Of a stretch of DNA of 64,000 nucleotides, positions 38,130 to 52,929 are shown piece after piece. Both the position numbers and the translations under genes were made by a program. This stretch comes from Eledone cirrhosa (Eukaryota). Positions within the stretch are counted from its first letter, which is position 1. The number at the start of each line of letters is the position of its first letter. The stretch covers positions 68,014,001-68,078,000 of the forward strand of contig OZ024741.1 in NCBI GenBank assembly GCA_964016885.1, read 5' to 3'. Below the pieces are notes generated by a model that saw only the letters and a list, made by a program, of their open reading frames with translations, made no database searches and had not been told where the DNA came from.

Positions 38130-38958
38130 GTGGTGGTGATAATGATGACGATGACGACGACGACGACGACGAGGATTATGATGATGGTGAGGAGGAGGAG
38201 GAGGAGGGGGAGGGGGGAAGGAGGAGGGGTAGGTAGGAGGAGGAGAAGGAGGAGGAGGGTATGCTGAAAATAATTTAAATATATTACGAAATTTTTCCAG
38301 ACAACTTGACAAAATCAAAGAAACGATGCAAATAAAGGAACAAAAATAATTTAAAAAATAAAAAAACAATAATAATTTCTAATATACGAAATCAATAAAA
38401 TGTGGAATGCTGCAGTGAATAAAATATGTACTGTACTTCGATCGAAACTTCGTTGAACATTAACAACATTAGCTTGTATGATCCAATAATATTCCTACTT
38501 ACATGCGATGTCAGACTTAAGGTCAAAACTTTTAAGAATGAAACACTCTGAATTGTTTACATGGAAATATTGCATTATAGAAATAAATTGCAACCTTGTG
38601 GCACAACTTATCATCCAGTAAAAAACGGAGCATCTATATATTAAGTCGTCAAGTATGAAATTTGTAGAGATTTGTTTTTTTTCTACAAATTTCTACAAAT
38701 TTCATACTTGACTACCCAATAGCTGCTAGGTATGATAGTAATAGCGGAGATACCCTTTCCAATCATACCTCAAACGTATACTAGTCAATTGGCTAGCCTC
38801 TATGAAGTGGCTTGACTTGCTATAAATAACAACCAACACTCCTTCAAATAAGGAGATAATACATTTGATTAATTACGCACGATATAGTCCTAAGAATAAG
38901 CTGTCGTCAGGACTAACAACAAGAGCAACAGCTAAAGTATTACGAAAAGAAATGTTAC

Positions 38959-39420
<462 letters not shown>

Positions 39421-39503
39421 TATTATATATAGAGAGAGGTAGAGCACTGGAAGGTAATATCCGTAGTGGTAGAGCACTCAGTCCATGGGACGAGTTAGGT
39501 AGA

Positions 39504-39650
39504 AGTGGTAAAACAACAGTTAGTTCACCATACCGAGAACAATTGTTTCACCTTAGCGGATCTTCACCTCGTACTAGACCAGTACGAGGTGAAGATCCGC
39601 TAAGGTGAAACAATTGTTCTCAGTATGGTGAACTAACTGTTGTATTACCA
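39504..39650. repeat. ~147 bp near-perfect palindrome carrying two hammerhead-like motifs (G at core position 3)
   Basis: Centre CGTACTAGACCAGTACG. Motif CGAG-GTGAAGA-TCCGCTAAGGT-GAAA-CAATTG-TT-CTC. Confidence 0.75.
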
Positions 39651-39849
39651 CTTATATATATATATGGGTTCGACTCCCACACACATATTATATATATGTG
39701 GGTTCGACTCCCATGTACGTCAATACTCATCTTTTTCTATTTCTCCGAGGGTTCTTAACCCCACTATCAGGCTAAATAATTTCTTTAGTCAAACTACGGC
39801 GATAGCTTACATTTCTAATAATTTCAAACCAACTCGCTGTTTCTTACAC

Positions 39850-39911
<62 letters not shown>

Positions 39912-40041
39912 AATAGGATTTCGCGACAATATGTATAAATATTTCGTATCTCCAAAGAAATGCACTTTTAGAAAGCCGTAGTTATGCAAACACCGGGGGG
40001 CTAACGCCCTCTGGTGATGTCCAGCAGAAGCAAGGGGGACA

Positions 40042-40085
40042 ACCGTCTACGCATTTCAGGCTTAACTGGCCTTTGTCAGGACGGT
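40042..40085 (-). ncRNA. Type I hammerhead (core CTGACAA, probably CpG-decayed) in a ~350 bp TA-flanked insert with terminal direct repeats
   Basis: ACCGTC-CTGACAA-AGGC/GCCT-GAAA-TGCG-TA-GACGGT. AAAAGAAATAGGATTTC occurs at 39906 and ~40213. Confidence 0.7.
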
Positions 40086-40256
40086 CCCTCCCACCGCTTG
40101 CGAATGCTGGATTAGAAGACAGGCGAGAATATATACTTTTCTCGTCTGTGTAAATGAGGTGATTGATCTCATTTGCATATGAAGTTGCATAAGTTGGCTC
40201 AACTTATAATAAAAAAGAAATAGGATTTCCCTTCAAGCATAGCTTTATACAATATG

Positions 40257-40314
<58 letters not shown>

Positions 40315-40315
<1 letters not shown>

Positions 40316-40503
40316 CGGAAGAAATGTGGTAAGGAACCAGGTGGACCATAACGCACTAAAGTACTCAATACTTAGGGTAGTAGAGTGGGTAATAGGAACG
40401 AGTAGGACCCCGACGGCTGAGCTCAAGCCGTTTCGACGGCTAATTCAGTCCCAGAATTAGCCGTCGAAACGGGTTGAGCTCAGCGGTCGGGGTCCTACTC
40501 GTT

Positions 40504-40505
<2 letters not shown>
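40315..40505. mobile_element. Family A short foldback
   Basis: Same termini as 15899-16155. Confidence 0.8.
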
Positions 40506-40558
<53 letters not shown>

Positions 40559-40562
<4 letters not shown>

Positions 40563-40672
40563 CCCAAAAAAATGAATGCACACTTCAACGGCATTCTTAT
40601 CAATAATGACTGTGCAGGTAATCAAAGTGTGTATACATTTTTTTTTTTGGGGGGGGGGGGGGTAGACCCTAT
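40559..40672. mobile_element. Tc1/mariner-type MITE, damaged copy of 62244-62344
   Basis: CACACTTCAAC...CAGGTAATCAAAGTGTGTATACATTTT. A fragment also lies at ~3028-3062. Confidence 0.55.
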
Positions 40673-40779
40673 ATATATTTATCGAAGAGTTTGGATGATT
40701 TAAAATTTGAAACCCTACAATGATGATAGCGTTAAAACCGGGCACATACTTTTGTATTTTGGTATTCGTTACCAGGTGC

Positions 40780-40947
40780 CGGAGTAAACAGAACCTTTGT
40801 CTTGCTCAAGCCAAATTTCGTCGTATGCTGCAGAAACAAGATACATTAGACTCTGTATATCTGCTTCCGAATGTGCCACAAGGTCATCGTTGTAGAGGAG
40901 ATCATGAACCACTGATATAAAATGTCTACCCTTGGCAGAAAAGCCGT
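40780..40947 (-). pseudogene. RTE-clade LINE RT fragment
   Basis: HDLLYNDDLVAHSEADIQSLM resembles the RTE YADD region. Confidence 0.55.
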
Positions 40948-41207
40948 GTACATTAAATAGCTTCCTGGTAGTCCTACACCTAACACAAACCCCCAAATCA
41001 TAATTTTCAAATACCTTGATAAGAACAACTGAAAAATACAACGAGAACAAGATAAGTGCCGGAATATGTCTCTGCATCGTTATCTACATTTACTTTATAT
41101 GAAAGGGAACCATTTAGATTTCCGTTCAGCTTCAATGTATAGAAAACATACGCGTACCCACATAAAGACACATACACAAACACATCGCTCACATGCATGC
41201 ACACAGG

Positions 41208-41583
41208 ATGGGTATATAGAGTAAAGATTTCGATTGCAAGTCCCAGCCAGCACACCCACCACCACCACCACCATGAGTCAGCCAGTCTCGAGTGGTACCG
41301 TCCAGCGAAAGAAATGGAAATTAATTTTTCCGAGTACTCTAGGAACGTAGCTACCTTAGGCCCCGGGAGCGCTAGCGGGAACTCCACAATTTCGACAGGC
41401 CATCGTCTATACCAAACGAATATTATTAAATCACACATGAGGGGTTTATGAGGGATGCTAGTAGAGGCATGATACAGCTAATAGTTATGCCTAAACCTGG
41501 AGTTTATAGGTATAAGTATAATATGGCGGCCAAAACAGGCGGCGCGGTGGGACCGCAATCGAAATCTTTACTCTATATCCCAT
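41208..41583. mobile_element. MITE-like element with ~36 bp terminal inverted repeats
   Basis: TATAGAGTAAAGATTTCGATTGC versus GCAATCGAAATCTTTACTCTATA. Confidence 0.65.
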
Positions 41584-42099
41584 TCTAATATCTTATCGAG
41601 ATAAATTTTTTCATATAAGACTCTCTCCGTAAGTTCATTAAATAAATCTCGCTACCTTAACCTTTAATTTTCTAATAACTTATTTTTCAATTTATCATTT
41701 TGCAATTTAATATTTTTAATTTAATTTAATTTCATCCTATAACTCGCAACATAAGTTTAACGTTCCAATCTTCGGTTCACACATTAGACCATACAGACAC
41801 CCATTATAGATTCTTTGGAGTAGCATTTTTTCGCGGCATTTTCTAGCATGAATGTAGTGTGACCCTCACGCTGACTTCTTTCTCCCTTTCTTTCTTTCTT
41901 CCCCTTTTTCTTTGACGGAGAGGTGGTAGTGCATTATAAGCCCTCGCCCCCTCACGAGATGTTCATAATAGATTCAGTTGCCACCACTATGAGGGCGACT
42001 GGCCGAGATAAAGGCAGCTAGTTGGTCAGTCGTCCTCTTTGTCTCTGTCTCTGATTTTTCGGACCCATGGTTTTTTACATATTCCTTTGTTATATTCCA

Positions 42100-42157
42100 A
42101 TACCTGATGATATCACCGGATTCATATGGAACCCGGTCATTGAAATGATCATAGTAT
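42100..42157 (+). ncRNA. Type I hammerhead ribozyme
   Basis: ATAC-CTGATGA-..ACCGG/CCGGT..-GAAA-TGATCA-TA-GTAT followed by AATAAA. Confidence 0.75.
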
Positions 42158-42405
42158 AATAAACTTTTCAAGGATTTACACCAGTCCAGCCTCCTGTTAT
42201 TTTATTTTATTTATAATTAACTCCGTATTCGCACCACCAACTACACAAACTAAGATGGGTGAACTGCACTGCGTTGAGTACTCTTTACAATATTACACCA
42301 AGATTGACTATACGGAATGACCAGTTCTATCCAGTGGTGAACCAACAAACCTAAAAAAAAAAAAGATATATATATATATGACCAAAGATTAGTATGGTTC
42401 GTTGA

Positions 42406-43035
42406 TTCTTAGTCTTAGTCTTAGTTCCTCCAGTCCCTTGTGGAACATTGAGCGACGAGCTTCTTCCACTTGATCCCTTCTAGCACCTCTCCAGGTAATT
42501 CCCATCTCCCGCAGGTCCTCCCTGAATGTGCTCCGCCATGTTTTTCGTGGTCTTCCCCGTTCTCTCCTGCCACCTTCTGGTACCCAATCCATGGCAATAT
42601 GAGCAGGTCGATCTGCTGGCAAACGAAGGATGTGGCCCGCGAACCGCCGTCTCCTTTCCCGGACAATGTCCCTTAACCTCTCCAATCCTGACCTCCTCAT
42701 CACTTCCTCGTTGCTAACTTGGTCTCTCCATGAAATGTTCAATATGGTCCGAATGCAACGACGGTGGAATACATCAAGCTTGTTGCATATTCTTTCCGTA
42801 CTCTTCCGTGTCTCACAGGAATATATTGCTGTTGGTACTACAATGGACATGTAAACACGGAATTTGACGGCATTGCCGATGGAACACCTGGACCATGCCA
42901 GACGGAGTCGCTGGAAGACCGCCGCTGCTTTTACCAGCCTTGTGCACACATCCACCTCAGCATCCCCATCGTCAGAGATGTTGCTGCCAAGGTATTGGAA
43001 GTGGTTTACACATTCAATGTTACGCTGACCATGAA
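42406..43035 (-). pseudogene. RTE-clade LINE 3' end
   Basis: FQYLGS, YSCET, FHRRCIRTILNISWRD, GHILR, RGRPRKTW and a (CTAAGA)n tail. Confidence 0.88.
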
Positions 43036-43037
43036 TA

Positions 43038-43145
<108 letters not shown>

Positions 43146-43314
43146 GCACACCCACGCACACACATCGGCTGAGTTGTTACTAGTTAAGGCCAGCAAAACC
43201 ATCATTGAACTTTAATACTCACTATTTAAGAAACGTGCATCTTTGCCGTTCCGTTAAGCTTATCTCACTTCGAAGCGCTATAAGCTGAACTCTAGCGTAA
43301 AGAATCCCTATAAT

Positions 43315-43630
43315 AATAATTGTTTCTGATTTAGGCACAAGGACAGCAATTTTGTGTGGATGTGCAAAATCGATTAAATCGACCCCAGTACGTTACTGGT
43401 ACATTATTTTATCGACCCTGGAAGGATGAAAGGTAAAACTAACGTCGGCGGATTTGAACTCAGAACGTAAAGGTCCATAATTATGCCGCAAAGCCTGTTG
43501 TCCGACGCTCCACCAGCCCTACCAATCCATCGCCCTTAATGATGGTTTCTGATTTAGGCAACAAATTTGGGAGGAGGGGGAAAACCGATTAAATCAATCC
43601 CAGTGCATTACTGGTACCTTATTTTATCTA
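43315..43630 (-). mobile_element. Two tandem tRNA-derived SINE copies
   Basis: Same core and tail as 2195-2860. Confidence 0.8.
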
Positions 43631-43634
43631 TCTA

Positions 43635-43764
43635 ACAAAGTGTGGTAAGAAACCAGGTGGATAACGCAGCAAAGTACTCGATACTTAGGGAAGTAGAGTG
43701 GTTTAGTTCGGATCTAGCTGTCGAAACGGCCGGAGCTCAGTCGTCGGGGTCCTGACTCTTTTCC
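43635..43764. mobile_element. Diverged family A foldback
   Basis: GTGTGGTAAGAAACCAGG...GTCGAAACGGCC...GTCGGGGTCC. Confidence 0.7.
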
Positions 43765-44121
43765 TATCTATCTATCTATCTATCTATCTGTCTATCTATG
43801 TGTGTATATGCGTGTCTGTGTTCATGCGTGTGTGTGATGTGTTTGTGTGTGCGTGTGTCTGTGTGCATGCATGTGAGCGATGTGTTTGTGTATGTGTCTT
43901 TATGTGGGTACGCGTATGTTTTCTATACATTGAAGCTGAACGGAAATCTAAATGGTTCCCTTTCATATAAAGTAAATGTAGATAACGATGCAGAGACATA
44001 TTCCGGCACTTATCTTGTTCTCGTGGTATTTTTCAGTTGTTCTTATCAAGGCATTTGAAAATTATGATTTGGGGGTTTGTGTTAGGTGTAGGACTACCAG
44101 GAAGCTATTTAATGTACACAC

Positions 44122-44225
<104 letters not shown>

Positions 44226-44258
44226 ATATATGTATATTTATATGTACATGAATATATG

Positions 44259-44325
<67 letters not shown>

Positions 44326-44329
<4 letters not shown>

Positions 44330-44670
44330 GGTAAACAGAAATAACAACACAATCGGTACAGTATACGGAAGGGGTACATTAGGTTAACGCTTGATATAGC
44401 AGGAAGAGGTTCTTAACGTTTCGGAGACTTGTCCTTCATCAGAAGAAAGAATGAGAAATAAGACAGATTGAGGGGACCGGCCGGATGGAATTTGAAAAAA
44501 ACTCTTTAGATAAAAATAACAGGTCCATTCATGTTGACATGTCTTGCAAATTTGTTGGTGCTGGCGTTTTGTGTATCATTTATTTTTTAGAAAAGTGTTT
44601 GATGGAGCGTGTCTACCTGAAATCGAAAAAAACCGTTTTGTAAAAAGAGCTATACTTTTGCACGCGCGTA

Positions 44671-44768
<98 letters not shown>

Positions 44769-45648
44769 TGTGTCTGTGTCTGTGTTATTATACATCCGTT
44801 CGAATCTAAGAAGAAAAGTGTGTGTATATGTGAGTAAAAGAGTGTGTGTGCATGTAAATACGAAGATATGAGCAAAAGTATATTAATATAAGGCTGTGTA
44901 TACAGAGCAGTGAAGGGAAAAGTGGAGTGAGCATATATAGTCGGCATGTATTAGTTGTAAGAGAAGCTCTAATGATCAAGAGAAAGCGATAGGAATCTAG
45001 GGGTGTGATAATGGACGGGGTATTAGATAAATTGGAAAGGTGAGTTGAGTCCAAGAGGGGAACAGGACCCAAGGCGGTGAATCAGACTTTGTTCAGTCCT
45101 GGTCCGCGAGGCCTGTGATCCATGATGTAAAAGGACACCCAGAACTGAAACATGTAGGGAAGAATGACCTGGAGAACAGAAATGATGAGCCACAAGAGTA
45201 TCCAAACCGAGTCGTATGTCCCTCAAATGTTCGGCAAAACGGTCCACCATACGGCGTCCCGTTTGTCCGATATATAAAGACCCGCAAAGGGAACACCAGA
45301 GGGCCTAGACAACGGGGGTGGATGTGCAGGTGAAGGAATGGCGGATACGGAAAGACCCGTTAGGGCCTGTAAGAGTGGTGAGGGTGGAAATAAAGGGACA
45401 AGTGTTGCAGCGGGAACGGGAACAAGGATGAGATCCGGGTGGAGTCGTGGGAGAGGACGAAAAGAAACTGCGAACCAGGAGGTCGTGGGGGTTGCGGGCG
45501 CGCTTAAAAGCAGTAATGGGTGGGTTTAGAAAAAATCGAGAAGTGACGGGGTCAGAAGAGAGGATGCGGAAGGAACGGAGGATATGTCGCTAAAATTGGG
45601 AACAGGGTATGGAGTGTTTGGTGTGGGTTGGATGGGAAGAGGTGAAGT
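44326..45648 (-). mobile_element. Neptune-like PLE 3' fragment (GIY-YIG plus 3' region)
   Basis: SSHPTHTKHSIP, DRFAEHLRDI...VAHHF...EQSLIHRLG..PLGLN. Hammerhead downstream. Confidence 0.8.
44410..44447 (-). ncRNA. Minimal type I hammerhead
   Basis: TTCTT-CTGATGA-A-GGA/TCC-GAAA-CG-TT-AAGAA, with palindrome AACGTT. Confidence 0.75.
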
Positions 45649-45687
45649 ATATATATTCACATACATACACACACACACACATATATA

Positions 45688-45737
<50 letters not shown>

Positions 45738-45883
45738 CAGAGAGATAGAGATAGAGATAGAGAGATCTGTGTATGTACATATATAGAGAGAGAGAAATAC
45801 ATACCTACATACACAATACATTAATATATATGCACATAGATATTTAATACATACATACATACATACATACATACATACATACA

Positions 45884-45915
<32 letters not shown>

Positions 45916-46325
45916 AATTTTATATGTATAGACAATCGTTCGTGAAATAATAAAATATGATCGCCAGCTACAAATCTCTAGAAAACCGACAAGTTGTTAT
46001 TCGGTTCAAGGGAGATAACTATTAATGTCAAAAACATTCGAAAATTTGCCAGTCCATACCACCACGAGAATTGTTATGATAATATAACACCGCACTTCGA
46101 CGCGCGTGTGTGTGTGTGTGTATATATATATATTGTGGGGGGGGGGGGTTATGTGTGTGTGTGTATGTATGAGTGTGTGTTTGTGTGTGTGTGCGCCTGT
46201 ATATTAGATGTCGCATGGCTCAGTAGCTAAGCTGTTGAGCTCACAATATAAATCCTGATTTCGAATCCCGGAGCAAGCGATGCATTGTGCCTTTATTTCA
46301 AGTATGCCAACGTGAAATAACGTGC

Positions 46326-46410
<85 letters not shown>

Positions 46411-46523
46411 TGCATGTGTGTCTCTGTGTGTGTCTTTGTGTGTGTGTGTGTGTGTTTGTGTGTGTGTGTGGTTGTGTGGTTAATAAATGAAGCAAACAAA
46501 AGACAGAAAGCAATTTTAAACAG

Positions 46524-46572
<49 letters not shown>

Positions 46573-46799
46573 AATAGTAAAACAATGAAATTAAACAAAA
46601 AACAGTTAATTCATAGTACAACTCATTATTTACGTTTCTGGGGGAAGTTCCCCGTATGTCCATTCTATTATTGATCTATGTAAAATATATTACAAAATAT
46701 CATAGTAAGAAAAATATACATACATCTTCACTACCCGCCGTCTTCAGAAAAAAAAAGACCCTGTATTAATATAGACCCTACCATTAATTGTTGGATTTA

Positions 46800-47317
<518 letters not shown>

Positions 47318-47416
47318 TATTGAAGTTTCTGTTGAAAATTGAAAAAGTCATAGGAGTGAAGAGTGCTCTATGTCAGTACCAGAGCTAAATTTAATGTATA
47401 ATAAACAATACAATAT

Positions 47417-47494
47417 AATTACCTCATTACCAGAGGTTTCCCGAATAAGACGAATACGAAAAACGTCCTCATTCGTTCATCGGACAAGGCAATT
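47417..47494 (-). ncRNA. Type I hammerhead, U4C core variant
   Basis: AATTGCCTTGT-CCGATGA-A-CGAATGAGGACG/CGTCTTATTCG-G-GAAA-CC TCT GG-TA-ATGAGGTAATT, with an 11 bp stem I. Confidence 0.75.
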
Positions 47495-48618
47495 TAAAAC
47501 ATAGTGAAATATTTGAAAAATCTCCTCAAGAAAGGCATGAGTTTAACGGGCAAAAAAAATATATAAATAAAAGTAATGCAAGAGATATATAAAAAAAATA
47601 TAAGGAAATATAGTTAGGGTATCTGTATATGTATGTATATTCACTCACAAATGTACATATGTGTATATGTACAAATGCATGTGTATGATAAAAATGTGTG
47701 CGTAAGTACATATATGAGGGCAAGTATATTTGTGTATGTGTGACCACAAATACGTATATAAAATGAGTTGAAAAATAAATTGTAAGATAATATAGTTAAC
47801 ATACATCCAGATACAGGTATTAAATATATACACATACGAGTATGAAAGCACGCGTATAAACACACACACGCGCGCGATCACTTATATGCGGAAGATAAAG
47901 AGGGAAGGGAGTGTAATAGTAAAAAGAAATGTCATTCTCGATATATGTATAAAAATGAAACAATATATGAGAATGAAAAAATGCTTTAAATCAAAGAGAA
48001 AGTAAGAGGGAGCGGTTATCAATTAACACTAGAAAAAAGAAATCAAACATAGGTACGCTCTTACACACACATATATATATATAAATATATATACATATAA
48101 ATACGTACAAAAGGGCATGCATGCGTACATACATACACACGAGGCACGTATATATATATATATCGCCACATGTATATCTAATCATACGTACGTACGCGAC
48201 TATATATATATAATAAAATATAGAGAAAAATACTGCAGGTAGCACATGGATAACATGTAATAAAATGAGTCCCTCATCAGTGATTTGCCGACGATCATCG
48301 ATATTTCATTGCATTAAAAATCATATACCTCACGTCGGTGCAATAATAACCAATTTAAGTTATTAGGACAATTGAAACGCGTAAAGCGAGTGAGACAGGA
48401 GAACAACACAGAGTATAGCTAACCGTAGGGGAAAGAAACAAGCTTCAAAATTATTCTGTTTAGCATAAGCTAGGTGAATATAGGAGCTTTTAGAAAACAG
48501 ACCTGACACGAACTCTGGCCATGTGAGAAGAGAGAAAAATAGCCTTCGTGGTGTACAGGATGAAATGAAGAGAAGAGAAACAGTGAGTGAGTGAAAGTGT
48601 GAGGAAGAGTTAACTGAC

Positions 48619-49882
48619 AACGAAGGAGTTGTGGTAAGGAGCCAGATGGACCATAACTCACCAGAGTACTCAATACTTAGGATAGTAGAGTGGGTAATAG
48701 GAAAATGTATGAACCCGACGGCAGAGCTCAAGCCGTTTCGACGGCTATTTCTGGACTAAATTAGAATTTTAGCGTGGTAAATAAATAGCCGAACTTTTCA
48801 AAGGGTAATTCCTTATATGGGAAGATTGTAGTTGTCAAGAGGATTGGTCAAAATTCTTGTAAACACAATTAAGTCTATCATGGCAGTGGGTGAGGGTGGG
48901 GTGGCTGGACTTGCTTGTAGAACAATGAGGGAGTGGGTGGAGCCGGTCAAGCGTTGAAAGTGAATTCTATACAACAAATTCTAAGGCTTGTGTATGAAAC
49001 TAGGCCAGAGGAAGCAAGCGAAAAAGGACGTTATAGAATAGGTAAATCAATTGAGATTCGAAGATAATAAATAAATAAGAAAAAAATATATAAAAATATA
49101 AAATTGGATAGTAAGAAGTGATAAAAAATATGTAGAGTCTAAAACAGCTGCTATATTTAGTTGGTATTGCGTTTTCGGACAATGCTATAGAATAGGTTAA
49201 TAAGTTGAGAATAGAAGATACTAAATAAAAAATTCATGAAATTATAGAATTGGGTAGTAAAAAGTAATGCAAAATCTCCGGGGTCTAAAACAGCTGCTAT
49301 AATTAGTTGGTATTGCGTTTTCGGCCAATGCTATCTATAATTTACTGGGGTGGGGTACTGAGGCTACAAAGGCACGATGGGCTGCCTCGGGGTAGGCGAA
49401 AGGGGAAAAAGGAAAAGGTAGAGGATAGGGAGTGGAAGAAAATAGAAAGGAAAAGAAAAGAGGTACATCTACCTATGTTAGCTGGGGTTTCCCCTATCTT
49501 GTTCGGCTAGTGGGGAAAAGGAGGATGTTGCAGCCATTATCTACCGACCGGGGTCATTAGGGGGTTTGAGGGCGAGGTAGGTCCTACGCAATCGGTGTTT
49601 GCATGCAGTTACAAGTTCGTCTTTTTTTTTGTTTAGGAGTTGGTCCTTCGTAAACAGCATTTGTAATGTTTCCTCCCCCACCCCACCTCCCACCCACTGC
49701 CATGATAGACTTAATGTTTACAAGAAATGTTGACCAATCCTCTTGGTAGCTACAATCTTCCCATATAAGGAATTACCCCTTAAAAAGTTCGGCTATTTAT
49801 TTACCACGCTAAAATTTTTATTTAATCCAGAAATAGCCGTCAAAACGGCTTGAGCTCTGCTGTCGGGGTCATACATTTTCCT
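48619..49882 (-). mobile_element. Longest family A copy: Naiad-like PLE 3' end with inverted 5' duplication
   Basis: Minus strand 49663-49540 encodes ETLQMLFTKDQLLNKKKDELVTACKHR. Hammerhead with TTGAAAA core at 48713-48806. Inverted arm 49675-49882. Confidence 0.8.
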
Positions 49883-50372
49883 ATATATATATATATATAT
49901 ATACAAATATAATTTCAGCGAGATCGAATTTCGGTGGTGATCGAAAACAAAGCAATACGCAATTTCCGAGTTATGCGGCAAGCACTCCATGGACTAAAAA
50001 AAACACCAGAGCAATAAACAAAGGTTATAGAGGCCAAACAAACTGACAATGGCGGTCAAGAAGCCATCAGCCACCTAAGCCAAAAAAACCAAGCAAGCTA
50101 AACAGGTCAAACAAAAATATATATATATGTATCTGAATATATATATATATATATATATATATTAATTATGTCTCATATAAAATAATACAACTGGGTTTCC
50201 GCAAAATACATATAGTTAGCACCCCAAACGTAAAATTGGGATTATACTAAGGTATATCCTAATGTTTGTTGAGTGAGATGGAAGCCAGTCAGAGTATAGC
50301 TTAAAGCTTTCTCTGTTAATGTATTAAATATATATATATATTTATATATATGTATATATATATATATATATA

Positions 50373-50455
<83 letters not shown>

Positions 50456-50476
50456 ATGTGTGTGTGTATATATATG

Positions 50477-50511
<35 letters not shown>

Positions 50512-50515
50512 TATA

Positions 50516-50582
<67 letters not shown>

Positions 50583-50590
50583 CATATATA

Positions 50591-50656
<66 letters not shown>

Positions 50657-50809
50657 AGCTGCCCCCTCGTTATCGAGTATGGCCATTGCACGAGAAAAAA
50701 AAATAAAAATAAAAAATAAAATATATATATATATATATACACACATACATAAATATATATATACATATACATACACATACATATACATACACATATTAAT
50801 AATAATAAT

Positions 50810-51001
50810 AATAATTGTTTCTACTTTAGGCACAATGCCAGCAATTACCCAGTGCATTATTGGTACTTTATTTTATCAACCCCGTAAGGATGAAAGGGAA
50901 AGTCAACCTCGGCGGGTTTTGAACTCAGATCGTAAAGGGACGTAACTATGCTGGAAAGCATGGCGTTCGACCCTCTACTGATACTGCCAATCCACCGCCC
51001 T
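50810..51001 (-). mobile_element. tRNA-derived SINE, full length
   Basis: Head GGGCGGTGGATTGGCAG, box B, core and (ATT)n tail. Confidence 0.85.
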
Positions 51002-51099
51002 TAATAACAATAATAATAATAATAATAATAACAACAATAATAATAACGACAACAACAACAATAATAGTATACATAAACATATCTATACACACACACACA

Positions 51100-52190
51100 C
51101 GATAGCAACTAACAGCGCTACGATCGAATGTGGCTCTTTAGCCAATGATCTAAAATGTCTTGCACAGAGTCGGCAACCAAAACATTCACTGGGAATAGCC
51201 GGCTGTGGTTGGAGTTCATGTACTTTTGCATGTCGCTTGAGCTCTCCTGCTGATTTACATTCTCTACCACATGCTTGGCAAGCATGATGAGTAGCATCTC
51301 CAACAGCAACCTGGTAGTCAACCACTGGTCTTACTTTATGACTGCGAAGATGACTTTCGAGTCCAGCTGTGCTTAGGCAGAGTCTCGCACAGACGCTGCA
51401 TATCAGCACCATAGGAGGACCCTCGCCGTCTGGAAGTGCAACAGCAATGCCCTTCCTCACATCCCGCTTTACTTTCTCGTATGCGATTCGAGATGCCTCA
51501 AAGGCAACTTTTCCCTCATATACAGTCTTTCTCCATTTATTACGATCAGCAGCAATATTTTCCCATGTATCAGCAGAGATGTTAGCGTCTTTCAAAGAGG
51601 CTTTCAAGGAATCCTTATACCTTTTTTTTTGGTTTATGTGGCGGTCGTTTTCCTTTAACTAACTCTCCATAAAAGAGTTGTTTTGGTATTCTAGAATCCT
51701 TCATCCTGGCAAGGTGACCACTCCAACGGAGTCGTTGCTTGGGCATAAGAGCTTCTATACTGTCACACATAGAGCTTTCCAAAATCTCGACATCACTAAT
51801 GTGGTCCCACCAGTGAACGCCATGGATCCGCCTGAGACACATCTGATGGAAACGCTCCAATTGCTTAAGGTGGTGTCGATATGTGACACAGGTCTCGCAG
51901 GCATAAAGAAGACAAGAGAGCACACATGCCTTGAACACCTTTACCTTTGTCCTCCTGCATATGTCTCGCCGACCCCAAAGTCGCTTTCTAGCTTTCCGAA
52001 AGCATCACTAACTTTCCTAATCCTAAGTGAGATTTCACTATCAAGGTTGCTGTATCGATTGACAGTGCTTCCAGGTAGACAAACTGATCAACCACTTCAA
52101 GTCGTTTACCATACACATAGATATTTGGTTCAGTGTACTGCTTACCAGGGTCAGGTTGGTACATGACGACAGTTTTCTTGAGACTGACAG
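51100..52190 (-). pseudogene. RTE-clade LINE 3' part with C2H2 zinc fingers
   Basis: LLYACET...LERFHQMCLR, LRWSGHLARM..RIPKQLFYGEL, CSVC...SHLRSH, CQAC...RHAKVH. Confidence 0.85.
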
Positions 52191-52192
52191 TC

Positions 52193-52224
<32 letters not shown>

Positions 52225-52320
52225 TATATATATTCAATATTATGAAGGCTAAAACATGAGTCTTGTTACTCTATAGTTTTGCCTGTTTATCACAAAATCA
52301 TTCAATATTAAAACTCTCTT

Positions 52321-52366
<46 letters not shown>

Positions 52367-52632
52367 AGGGAGGGAGAGAGAGAGAGAGAAAGAGACAGAG
52401 AGAGAGAGAAAGAGATTATGTAGAAGCGAAGTCAGTGTTGCAGCATATGTACAAACTTTATTGGCATATTACAATTGTTTCAATATCGATCAGCTCATGG
52501 TACAATCAAAATTACGGGGCCCGACTCTTTTTCGACATCTGGCAGATATGCGAGTTTATAAGTGCAAAGACGGGATATTTTTTACATACACTTACTAATG
52601 GGGTTTTAGGGGACTTAACTAACACACATAGA

Positions 52633-52687
<55 letters not shown>

Positions 52688-52883
52688 TTATTTATTTATT
52701 TATATATAATACATACATACATATATATATATGTGTAGAGAGAGAGAGATAGGTATATAGATAGATAGATAAAGTGTAATGCATACGGGCGTGTGTTTGT
52801 CTGTATTGTCTGTATGTATGTGCGTGCGTTTATGTGTGTGTGTGTGTGAGTGTATGTGTCTGTCTGTCTGTCCGTGTGTATGT

Positions 52884-52915
<32 letters not shown>

Positions 52916-52929
52916 TTGTGTGTGTGTTC

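Noticed and set aside
46625-46752. Possible extended-stem-II hammerhead on the minus strand
   Set aside because: Stem I and the stem II base pair poorly.
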